From: Pseudobdellovibrionaceae bacterium
Lineage (GTDB): Bacteria > Bdellovibrionota > Bdellovibrionia > Bdellovibrionales > Bdellovibrionaceae
Assembly: GCA_041987885.1 (NCBI GenBank)
Contig: JBHIVS010000001.1
Span: 1-52,219 of the forward strand
DNA: 52,219 nucleotides
Reading direction: 5' to 3'
The position numbers were made by a program, and so were the translations under genes. Below, one piece after another: positions 45,090 through 52,219 of the stretch. The notes below the pieces were generated by a model, which ran no database searches, was not told the DNA's origin, and was given only the letters and a program-made list of their open reading frames with translations. The first letter of the stretch is position 1. Each line of letters begins with the position of its first letter.

Positions 45090-45908
45090 ATGCTTGGACG
45101 CGTCCGTTGGAGCGATGTGTATGCGGGCAATGGAATTATTCGCGGCGACGATGGGAATGAATATTACTTCGATATTTCAGTCATTAAGTTTCCTTATCGA
45201 TCGGCAGATCTTCGCTCAGGTTGTCGTGTTTCATTTGCAGTCAACGAGCGAATCAGTGATTGCCCATGTGCTCATCAAGTAGTGTGGATTAAAGATAAAA
45301 ATGTGGAGTTTGATGTGAAAAATATTTGTGGATTAAAAGAAAGTCAATTTGAGAAAATTTATTCTCTATATCGCAAGGACGTAAGTGTATTGCCAAAAAC
45401 TGGTGGACACAGAGGGTTTAATATTTTTTGTCAGGCATATGACTACGAAAGTAGAGATCGTCTGTCTAAGATAACATTTGAAATTATTACGGATACCGCT
45501 CCTAGTGAGACTCAAATAGATAATGCACTTAGGGAAGAATTGATTCGCCGCTTAGAAGTAGCAAGTGGGGATTTTACGGACGCTGTTTTCGGTTACTTTA
45601 AGTCACAAAATAGAAAATATGTTGAGATGTTTAAGTCTGATATTTGTGACCTGTTAATCGAGAACTCAAAACTTTTTGAAAAAATCTTATTGGAAAATAT
45701 CGATCACCCAGAGGTGAATGAGTTATTTCAGAGAATTCTAGATCATAACACATATCAAGCAGAGCAGGATCTATTGGTTGAAGCAGAGAGAGCATGTCGG
45801 CAGCAAGCCCAAGACAGAAGAATGCAGCAAGATTTAAAGACAGTTAAGAAGAAACGAACACCAAAACAAAAACTAAAAGAAGATGAGTTTGGAGAGTTGA
45901 AGATATGA
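45090..45908 (+). CDS. Cold-shock (OB-fold) domain fused to an unknown domain
   Basis: GRVRW....G.GII..DDG.EYYFDIS.I....L..G.RVSF; start 45090 or 45078. Confidence 0.6.
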   Translation: MLGRVRWSDVYAGNGIIRGDDGNEYYFDISVIKFPYRSADLRSGCRVSFAVNERISDCPCAHQVVWIKDKNVEFDVKNICGLKESQFEKIYSLYRKDVSVLPKTGGHRGFNIFCQAYDYESRDRLSKITFEIITDTAPSETQIDNALREELIRRLEVASGDFTDAVFGYFKSQNRKYVEMFKSDICDLLIENSKLFEKILLENIDHPEVNELFQRILDHNTYQAEQDLLVEAERACRQQAQDRRMQQDLKTVKKKRTPKQKLKEDEFGELKI

Positions 45909-46135
45909 AAAAATCTAAAAATTTAGCCGTCAAAGTAGGCGAGTACACAACAAAAGACGGTCAAACAAAAGGCCGCTATTTAAACGTCGGTTGCATTATG
46001 GAGGGCGATAAAGGCTCTTTTATATTGCTCAACAAAACTTTTAATCCGGCGGGCATTCAAGACGGAAAAGAATCAGTGATTATTTCCATGTTTGAAGAAA
46101 AACCGAAGGATGAAAACCCTGATGACTTCTTTTAG
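45905..46135 (+). CDS. Small SSB-like phage protein
   Basis: GEYTTKDGQTKGRYLNVG; acidic-aromatic tail DENPDDFF. Confidence 0.55.
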   Translation: MKKSKNLAVKVGEYTTKDGQTKGRYLNVGCIMEGDKGSFILLNKTFNPAGIQDGKESVIISMFEEKPKDENPDDFF

Positions 46136-46592
46136 ACGCTAACTCTAGGGAGATCCCTTTAAACCTCCCGATGAGAATCAGGCCCTTTACCCTTAGATGA
46201 GCCAATCAGAAAAGGGAGTTTGAATGAAGTGATCTTGTGGTGTCTCGAAAGATGGTGGGTTGTAATCCCTAAGTAATCGGCCATTGAGATCACTTCCTTG
46301 AGACTTTGCGCCGAACAAGTGCAAAACCGCAATAAACGTTCGGATAGTTGCGGAGGCGTCAGGAGTGGCCCTGAATAATACTCAAAGAGACGGACTAAGC
46401 GGGGTCTCTTTAATCAACCAAGGCTTAAACCTCGTTTAGGTTCGACAAAACGTGAGCTAGTGAATAGCTCAGAAATATAAGTCCCTGTGGCACCGAGGTT
46501 ACGGTGCAGTTTGAAATCTCTCCCCATCGCCTAGGGTAGGTAGTAGCTAGGGGCGAGTGATCGCATGATGGGGGGAGATTTGAGGTTATTAG
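46136..46592 (+). ncRNA. Putative large structured non-coding RNA
   Basis: No + strand ORF in the track; about ten consecutive helices and several loop-loop complementarities (see findings). Confidence 0.65.
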
Positions 46593-46602
46593 TGGGGGTG
46601 TT

Positions 46603-46797
46603 ATGGCGATGAAGCGCAAGAAAAATACAGAAATAGAAAAGTTTATTTCAAGGTCTGAATTGATCGAGCTAAGAGGGTTGTCTTTAAAATTCATTCAATC
46701 TCACTTGAGAAATATTGAATACTCAATGGGATACCGAACTAAAAAATATAAACTTTCAGAAGTGGACGCGCTTTTAGAGCAAATGCGAGCAGGATAA
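46603..46797 (+). CDS. xis: Excisionase-like HTH protein
   Basis: FISRSEL....GLS..FI......G.RTKKYKLSEVD; immediately upstream of integrase. Confidence 0.7.
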   Translation: MAMKRKKNTEIEKFISRSELIELRGLSLKFIQSHLRNIEYSMGYRTKKYKLSEVDALLEQMRAG

Positions 46798-46801
46798 TTA
46801 A

Positions 46802-47917
46802 ATGACTAACGACCGCGCAAGATATATCAAAATGAATGGGCATCTAGGGTTTTATCAAAATGCGGTTTCAAAAAGAATCCGATATATTAAAGTTCACAAT
46901 GGAGTTACGGTAAGGCTTTCAACCAAAGCGACTAAAATCACGGATGCCAAAAAGATTGTCGATGAATATTTGATAAATCTTTTCTCTGAAAATCCTAAAA
47001 AAGACCTTTTAAAGAAAAAAGGCATTCAAAATCCATTGATCTCGAAAATTTGGAAAGAGCTTGTCGAGTCTAGATCCGTATCAAGGCAAGAAACTACTAT
47101 TGAAGGGTATGATGTATCTTGGCGCATCGGCATTGAGCCTTTTTGGGGCAAGAAAACCGTTCTTGAACTCAATCCAAGAGTTATGAGTGAATACGAGAAA
47201 TGGTATCTACAAAAACACAAAGAGCGTGTATTTTTTAATACCGGAAAGCACTTGGCGATGCTTATTCGCTATTGTCATCAAAACGGATATATTCAAAAAA
47301 TAGTGCCCGTCCCTGATATTGACCTAATCATAAACACAAGAACTCAAAAAGAAAAAGTGGGCAGGGTATATACAGACGCTGAGTACAAAGCTTGTATTGC
47401 CCATGCTTTTAATCCCATGATCAAGGTAGCCCTAACTTGTTACCGACATCTTGGGATGCGCAAAATGGAGCTTTTATCATCAAAGATTGAGCACTGGGAC
47501 TTGAAGAATAAAACCCTTAAGCTTTGGTCTGCCAAAAATAAGAAGTGGCGCACTGTTGTGATCCCAGATGTCGTTTTAGCGGCAATCAATGAATGGTTAG
47601 AAATTAGGCAAGATTCGATTTGGATGTTTCCTTCCGCAACAAATTCAGAAAAGCACGTCGTCTCTCAGGTCTTTGATGAGCAATGGACTAAGACAAAAAT
47701 CGCCGCAGAAATAGAAAATGCAGATGTTGAAAACGCTGCAAGGATCCATGACTGGAGGCATACTTTTGCCACCATGACAGCTCGTGACGGATGGCCTCCG
47801 ATAGCAGCTTGCTATGTTTTAGATATGTCTTTGCAGGAGTATCAAAATACCTATACTCACGTTTCGATGAAGGATATAATGAAGTTGATGATTAAGTCTT
47901 TCGGTGGTCAGAAATGA
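46802..47917 (+). CDS. int: Tyrosine integrase
   Basis: GMRKMEL (R), KNKKWR (K), HDWRHTFAT (HxxR), LDMS...TYTH (Y); adjacent to attR. Confidence 0.92.
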   Translation: MTNDRARYIKMNGHLGFYQNAVSKRIRYIKVHNGVTVRLSTKATKITDAKKIVDEYLINLFSENPKKDLLKKKGIQNPLISKIWKELVESRSVSRQETTIEGYDVSWRIGIEPFWGKKTVLELNPRVMSEYEKWYLQKHKERVFFNTGKHLAMLIRYCHQNGYIQKIVPVPDIDLIINTRTQKEKVGRVYTDAEYKACIAHAFNPMIKVALTCYRHLGMRKMELLSSKIEHWDLKNKTLKLWSAKNKKWRTVVIPDVVLAAINEWLEIRQDSIWMFPSATNSEKHVVSQVFDEQWTKTKIAAEIENADVENAARIHDWRHTFATMTARDGWPPIAACYVLDMSLQEYQNTYTHVSMKDIMKLMIKSFGGQK

Positions 47918-47934
47918 CCATTTGGGCTTATCAA

Positions 47935-47956
47935 CTTACAACTTTCTTACAACTTT
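47935..47956 (+). repeat. Integrase arm-type sites (right)
   Basis: CTTACAACTTTCTTACAACTTT, identical to 13431-13452. Confidence 0.8.
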
Positions 47957-47972
47957 TCCTTGTTGAAAATCT

Positions 47973-47985
47973 CAAGGGCTTGATT
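47973..47985 (-). promoter_or_regulatory. IHF consensus site in att arm
   Basis: Minus strand AATCAAGCCCTTG = WATCAANNNNTTR, between arm and core. Confidence 0.6.
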
Positions 47986-48015
47986 TTATTGTCTAAAATA
48001 GAAATATGTTTTAGG

Positions 48016-48031
48016 CCCTCCTCGCGCACCA
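48016..48031 (+). repeat. attR core (duplicated tRNA 3' end)
   Basis: CCCTCCTCGCGCACCA. Confidence 0.92.
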
Positions 48032-48110
48032 TTTCAAAGTGATTGTTCAAATTTTCAAAGACAAGTACGGTTAAAGTAAGCTATGGTACCCCCAAAATTG
48101 GGGATCTATA

Positions 48111-48494
48111 ATGAATGTGCTTTTTGCTCTAATAATGTCTTGGATGTCTTTTGCTTCAGCTGCGGAGTCTATTGGAAGAGTCAATTGCTATACTTTAAAT
48201 CGTCCCGTTAGCCATATGATTCATGCCGATATTATTGGAACGAGATCGGACAAAGAGTGGAAGGTTGAGTACGCCAATATCAATCTCACTTCCTATGATT
48301 GGAGCACCCATGTGGAAACTGCTCCGCTGAAAATTTGGCAAGCAGTTCCTAGTATGAATGACCGTAATTTTTCCGAACATTTTAAGAATCAAGAAGTAGA
48401 ACTTGAGGCTTTTCATGATGATGCTGGGGCTATGTCTTTCATTTCTTATGAAGGAAAAGTGTATCAGCTAATTTGTGAAGTTGAGATCTATTAA
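48111..48494 (+). CDS. Secreted hypothetical protein
   Basis: Signal peptide; N- and C-terminal Cys. Confidence 0.7.
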   Translation: MNVLFALIMSWMSFASAAESIGRVNCYTLNRPVSHMIHADIIGTRSDKEWKVEYANINLTSYDWSTHVETAPLKIWQAVPSMNDRNFSEHFKNQEVELEAFHDDAGAMSFISYEGKVYQLICEVEIY

Positions 48495-48608
48495 ACCTAA
48501 AATCAGGATTAAGTTGTTTTAGGTCTTTGGTGTAATAAGTGGTTTTTTCTCAATGTTATAGGGTGCCTAAACATTAATAACTCTGAATAATTCCTAATTA
48601 TTTTTTAA

Positions 48609-49070
48609 CTAAGGAAAAACTTTTTCAAATTCTTCAAAAACAATTGGCATTGTCTCATCAAAAATAAGGCCCTGCTTTACGAACTCTTCTTTATAAAATC
48701 TGATATGGGCTTGTTGCCAATATTTTAGAGTTCGATCGCCTTCTCCTTCGCGGTAAGCATTTTCTTCTGAAATCTTATTGAATTGAATAGTGCTGACTTT
48801 TGTAGTTTTGACGATACAAACTGCATTTCTATTCCAATCAGTGACAACAAAGATGCCGCCCACTGATGGAAGCGGGCTTCCTGTTTTTTCTAAAGACCAA
48901 AGGGCTTGAGCAGTTGCACGCTTGATGCCTTGATCTACTAAGAGAGCTAGTTCATTGGCTTCTTTTTCATTATTGGAAAATAAGTCGGCAATGATCTCTT
49001 TCGGTGCGGAAACACCTAGAGTCTGATGATAGTCTAGCCACATTTTTTTTACTGATTCTGTGAAGTCCAT
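48609..49070 (-). CDS. ASCH domain protein
   Basis: ANELA.LV..GIKRAT, EGEGDRTL.YW...H..F, IVFEEF. Confidence 0.9.
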   Translation of the reverse strand: MDFTESVKKMWLDYHQTLGVSAPKEIIADLFSNNEKEANELALLVDQGIKRATAQALWSLEKTGSPLPSVGGIFVVTDWNRNAVCIVKTTKVSTIQFNKISEENAYREGEGDRTLKYWQQAHIRFYKEEFVKQGLIFDETMPIVFEEFEKVFP

Positions 49071-49275
49071 ACATGTTTCATAGTTCAGGTTGAAGGAGGT
49101 GTCTATAAGAGAAATGTTTTTATCTTAAAATGAATATGGTTGTGTTGGAGACGAATAAAAATGATTCGATTTCCATTTCATTAAATGTTTTTAAATTTCC
49201 TGTTTTTGTATTCAGAATGAGACAGATTTTCTGATCTGGACTTGGGTGGGTGTTTTCATGGCCGATAGAGAATCC

Positions 49276-50238
49276 ATGAAAACACAAAATATATCATCTT
49301 TGAAATCTCTTTTTTTATCTTCTGTCTTTCTTTTAGTTGGAGCTACCTCACAAGTTGCATTTGCGGATGAGACTTTTGAGTCGAACCCAACGGATGAAAA
49401 TACCATTGAAGCCAATCTTTTAGGTCTTAATGAAGTAGCTATTGCTGGGGATAGTTGGGGACTCTTGGCTTGTATTTTTCATAGTGTTGATCGCGCCTTG
49501 GTACGTGAAAAAATGTTTGGTGTGATCACAAGTTTAAATTGTCCGTTAACGACGGATGCGGGTATGAGAGCTGAGCATTGGTCTGAATCTGATCAGAATA
49601 AAAGATTGTTAAAAAGTTTAAAGTCTAACAAGAAAATTCGTGTATTAATTTTAAGTCTTGGTGGTAATGACTTGATTAAGTATTGGAATAAGTCTTTAAG
49701 TCGCGATCAGGAACAAGTTCTTTTTGCCACGATTCGTGAACAGATTTCAGCTGAAATCCGTGAGTATCAAAAGATACGACCTGATTTAAAAATTGTTGTT
49801 TCTGGTTATGATTATCCTCGATTTACAGCGGATAATAAAATTTCTGCCTATCGCAAAGTTTATAAAAGATTTGGCGAGCCGACACCTTATGAATTGAATT
49901 CGATGATCGCGCGTTTTTCTAAGGAAATGACTAAATTGTCGGATGGTGGAAAATCAGTCGCATATATTCATCATTTAGGTGTTACAGAATACTATAGAGG
50001 ACAGTCTGAAGTAGGTTTGAAGCCTTATCAGACTTTATCTCCGGATAAGATTTCTTCTAGGGATGCTCCGGCAAGAGTTGGTGGCGATCTTAGAATTTTA
50101 AATGGTTCCAAATCCATGGCGCGCATTAAAGTTGGCAGTCATGAGTTCGCTGTGGATGCCTTTCATTTGTCGCCGAAGGGGTACTATTATACGTCATTGC
50201 ATACAGTTCGAATGTATATCAAAGACTGGTTACGTTAG
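49276..50238 (+). CDS. Secreted SGNH/GDSL hydrolase
   Basis: IAGDSW, LSLGGND, DAFHLSPKGY; GCCGATAG (sigma-28-like -10) at 49261; track start 49246. Confidence 0.85.
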   Translation: MKTQNISSLKSLFLSSVFLLVGATSQVAFADETFESNPTDENTIEANLLGLNEVAIAGDSWGLLACIFHSVDRALVREKMFGVITSLNCPLTTDAGMRAEHWSESDQNKRLLKSLKSNKKIRVLILSLGGNDLIKYWNKSLSRDQEQVLFATIREQISAEIREYQKIRPDLKIVVSGYDYPRFTADNKISAYRKVYKRFGEPTPYELNSMIARFSKEMTKLSDGGKSVAYIHHLGVTEYYRGQSEVGLKPYQTLSPDKISSRDAPARVGGDLRILNGSKSMARIKVGSHEFAVDAFHLSPKGYYYTSLHTVRMYIKDWLR

Positions 50239-50394
50239 TTCCTAGATAAAATAGTCAAAAATATATTGTGCTCAAATGCCTATAATTCCATGTGAAATTA
50301 GGTGTTTGGGCACTTTACTTTATTAAATATGTAAAAAAATAAAATATTTTTTATCCCTATTAACCCGTGGTTAAAGGTGGGGAGTCATATAGAT

Positions 50395-50520
50395 AGAACG
50401 GGCAAGGATGCTGGTTCTAAAGAGTGATAAAGGGGAACTAGGATGGCTCCCAAAAGATCGCTCAGGAGGCCAAGGACGGCCAAAAAAGTAGAAACGAACT
50501 TCACAGTACAAATAGGAGCA
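50395..50520 (+). ncRNA. GGA-loop-rich CsrA/RsmA-binding leader or sRNA
   Basis: AGGA in hairpin loops at 50395-50418, 50432-50451 and 50468-50481, plus CAGGAG and TAGGAG. Confidence 0.5.
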
Positions 50521-50544
50521 TAGGTACTACAAAGGGAGAAGGTT

Positions 50545-50670
50545 ATGGAAGACCTAAGAGAAGTGATGGTGTTTTGTTTAGTTTACTCGGGGGTGATCAT
50601 TTATACATTAGCTATGACAGTCAGACCTCCTGCAGTGGAGGATAACAAAGTGAAAGTTCAGATTAAATAA
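50545..50670 (+). CDS. 41-aa single-TM peptide
   Basis: MEDLREVMVFLLVYSGVIIYTLAMTVRPPAVEDNKVKVQIK; purine-rich SD. Confidence 0.55.
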   Translation: MEDLREVMVFCLVYSGVIIYTLAMTVRPPAVEDNKVKVQIK

Positions 50671-50728
50671 ATTTAAATAGACCTAAGAATTCTAGGGAGG
50701 TTTGGTGGTTCCCTCGCTAGAGCTCTTA

Positions 50729-50757
50729 AAGGGGGAGGCAACTCCCCCTTATTTTTT
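50729..50757 (+). terminator. Rho-independent terminator
   Basis: AAGGGGGAG-GCAA-CTCCCCCTT-ATTTTTT. Confidence 0.85.
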
Positions 50758-52219
50758 AGTAAGATTGAACTTCAAGTTTTATATCTAAATTTCTAAGATC
50801 AATATGAGGACCCTTGTCGTGTTTGCTGATAACTAAATCTACCAATGCGGGCGATTTGGATAACAAATCAAAGATATCGACTTTTATTCCTTTAATTCCA
50901 TATAAAGATTCTAAGTTAAGTGCAGGGATGTTCGGAGAATATCTTTCGCTAAATGTATTCGATCTATGCCAAGTTGTTTGGGTGCTCCATTTTAAGTTTA
51001 AGAGAGAACTATTTAAAATATAATTGAACTCCTGAGACTTAGTTTTAAGCTTTGCGGTTTTTCCAAGACTTAATTGAATAATCGATGTTTGAGAATAATC
51101 TTTAGAGTGTAGTTGAGTGTACTCTGGAAATAATTCTATTTTATGAATGTAGCTCGCTTGAAGAAAAGGAATAGAGCTTTCAGGAATTTTCACAGTCACA
51201 GACCCTTGGGCGTTAAGGATTGCAAGGTCTGACTCACTCAGCGAAATGATGTCGGATCTGTAAGAGGGCGTAATCATTCCAACCTGTGTACGAAGCTGTT
51301 CAAACAGGCTATTGATATTGCCAAGGTAAATAGATCGTAGAACCGAAAGTCTTTCTTCAAGAGATAGATTTTTTCCAGAAATTTTAAGAATTTCTTTTTT
51401 TAGCGCTTGAGAATCAAACGGAGAATTTATTTCTTTTTGATAAGCATATTCGTAGGCTCTTTTAATATTATTATATAAATAATCTAACTTTTCAAAACGT
51501 CGCTCTTGCAGATCCTCTAAGAAAATAAGGAGATCATTTGAGTAAATATCAGAATTCGCAAGAAAAAATTGGGAAGTTTTTTCTTGAAGTATTTTTGATT
51601 CTTGAATTCGTTGAGCGAGTTCGGCAAAGGAATCTGTTAATTGAGAAGTATTTTTATAGATTTCTGCTTTCAGATAAATATGCTCATTGAAAGTCGATTC
51701 AAAAGTTTTAAAAATAGGGTCCATTGCCTTTAAACGATTGAACTCCTGTTCAATTTCAGAAATAGGAACCGATTTTGATTTAAAGTCCTCGGAGGTTTTT
51801 TGAAGAGCTTCGTAAAGAGGTTTCAATTTTGCATAGGTTTCTTTGGCAAAATTCAGAGTTTCCTTAGAGACGTGCTTATAGTGTTCGAATTTAATTTTTT
51901 CGATTTCTTTAGGACTCGCATTTTCAGGAATTGTCGGATGACTGCGAATTAGATCATAGCTGTTGCCAGCGGTTTTCTTAAAATCATTATAACTTTTTTT
52001 AGATTGAGCCAAAGTTTCTTTATCTGTCAAAGAGTCTATGGATTTATAAATTTCCGAAGCAGATTCAATGTAATCGCCTAGGTTTTTATTTTCATCGACT
52101 TTTGTTAGCTGTTGAGCAAGGTTGCCGGCAATAGCCAAAGTCGGTTGATAGACTGGAATGATCTTCGTTAGAGAAACAACGGAGTTAATCATTTTTTTTA
52201 ACTTATTCCATCTGTTTTT
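50756..52219 (-). CDS. C-terminal part of a large helical hypothetical protein (runs off right edge)
   Basis: Frame is open upstream of ATG 52192 to the window end; coiled-coil region then beta-rich C-terminus. Confidence 0.7.
   Translation of the reverse strand, partial: KNRWNKLKKMINSVVSLTKIIPVYQPTLAIAGNLAQQLTKVDENKNLGDYIESASEIYKSIDSLTDKETLAQSKKSYNDFKKTAGNSYDLIRSHPTIPENASPKEIEKIKFEHYKHVSKETLNFAKETYAKLKPLYEALQKTSEDFKSKSVPISEIEQEFNRLKAMDPIFKTFESTFNEHIYLKAEIYKNTSQLTDSFAELAQRIQESKILQEKTSQFFLANSDIYSNDLLIFLEDLQERRFEKLDYLYNNIKRAYEYAYQKEINSPFDSQALKKEILKISGKNLSLEERLSVLRSIYLGNINSLFEQLRTQVGMITPSYRSDIISLSESDLAILNAQGSVTVKIPESSIPFLQASYIHKIELFPEYTQLHSKDYSQTSIIQLSLGKTAKLKTKSQEFNYILNSSLLNLKWSTQTTWHRSNTFSERYSPNIPALNLESLYGIKGIKVDIFDLLSKSPALVDLVISKHDKGPHIDLRNLDIKLEVQSY

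Larger units (their letters stand above)
13276..48031. mobile_element. Prophage, P22-like podovirus morphogenesis, ~34.7 kb, integrated in tRNA-Leu
   Basis: Flanking 16-bp direct repeat; integrase, repressor/cro, terminase, portal, coat, tail, lysis and replication genes all present with no obvious frameshift. Confidence 0.95.

Noticed and set aside
46296-46507. Group I intron reading of the large RNA: G-A(bulge)-GACTT (46300-06) pairs with AAGTCC (46479-84) like P7, preceded by a P8-like hairpin and GAAATAT
   Set aside because: No convincing P3 or P4/P6, flanking genes look complete so there is no split exon, and TAAGTC can pair locally with GGCTTA. Left open pending a covariance-model search.
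46136-46592. tRNA cluster, tmRNA or hammerhead ribozyme
   Set aside because: No cloverleaf or CCA end, no tmRNA-like termini, and no CUGANGA...GAAA core in the correct arrangement
46425-46694. Minus-strand 89-aa ORF
   Set aside because: Antisense to xis and to the operon direction, no motif; likely a shadow ORF

Overview
Host chromosome segment, probably from a Bdellovibrionota-like bacterium (an inference from gene content, not a database result), carrying an apparently complete ~34.7 kb P22-like (podovirus-type) prophage. The prophage is integrated in the 3' end of tRNA-Leu(GAG), with a 16-bp att core CCCTCCTCGCGCACCA at 13276-13291 and 48016-48031. Prophage order: replication genes, an array of small ORFs, amidase endolysin, terminase, portal, scaffold, coat, tail hub, ejection proteins, two tail fibres, holin/spanin-like genes, a minus-strand lysogeny block (NYN nuclease, 2-TM protein, repressor), cro, RecT/exonuclease, SSB-like gene, a ~455-nt non-coding interval, xis and int. 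Flanks hold ordinary host genes. The three most notable observations are: (1) the ~455-nt interval folds into many helices with loop-loop complementarities, suggesting a large structured phage RNA; (2) the 2-TM lysogeny protein carries the FDPDxYL motif that is repeated at the N-terminus of the phage's own putative DNA-ejection protein, suggesting superinfection exclusion by peptide mimicry; (3) the NYN gene sits behind a short structured RNA plus terminator, like a type III toxin-antitoxin locus. Paired DnaA-box promoters, a duplicated 32-bp late-gene element and a GGA-rich CsrA-type RNA are also seen. All product calls come from motif recognition by eye; no searches or folding programs were run.
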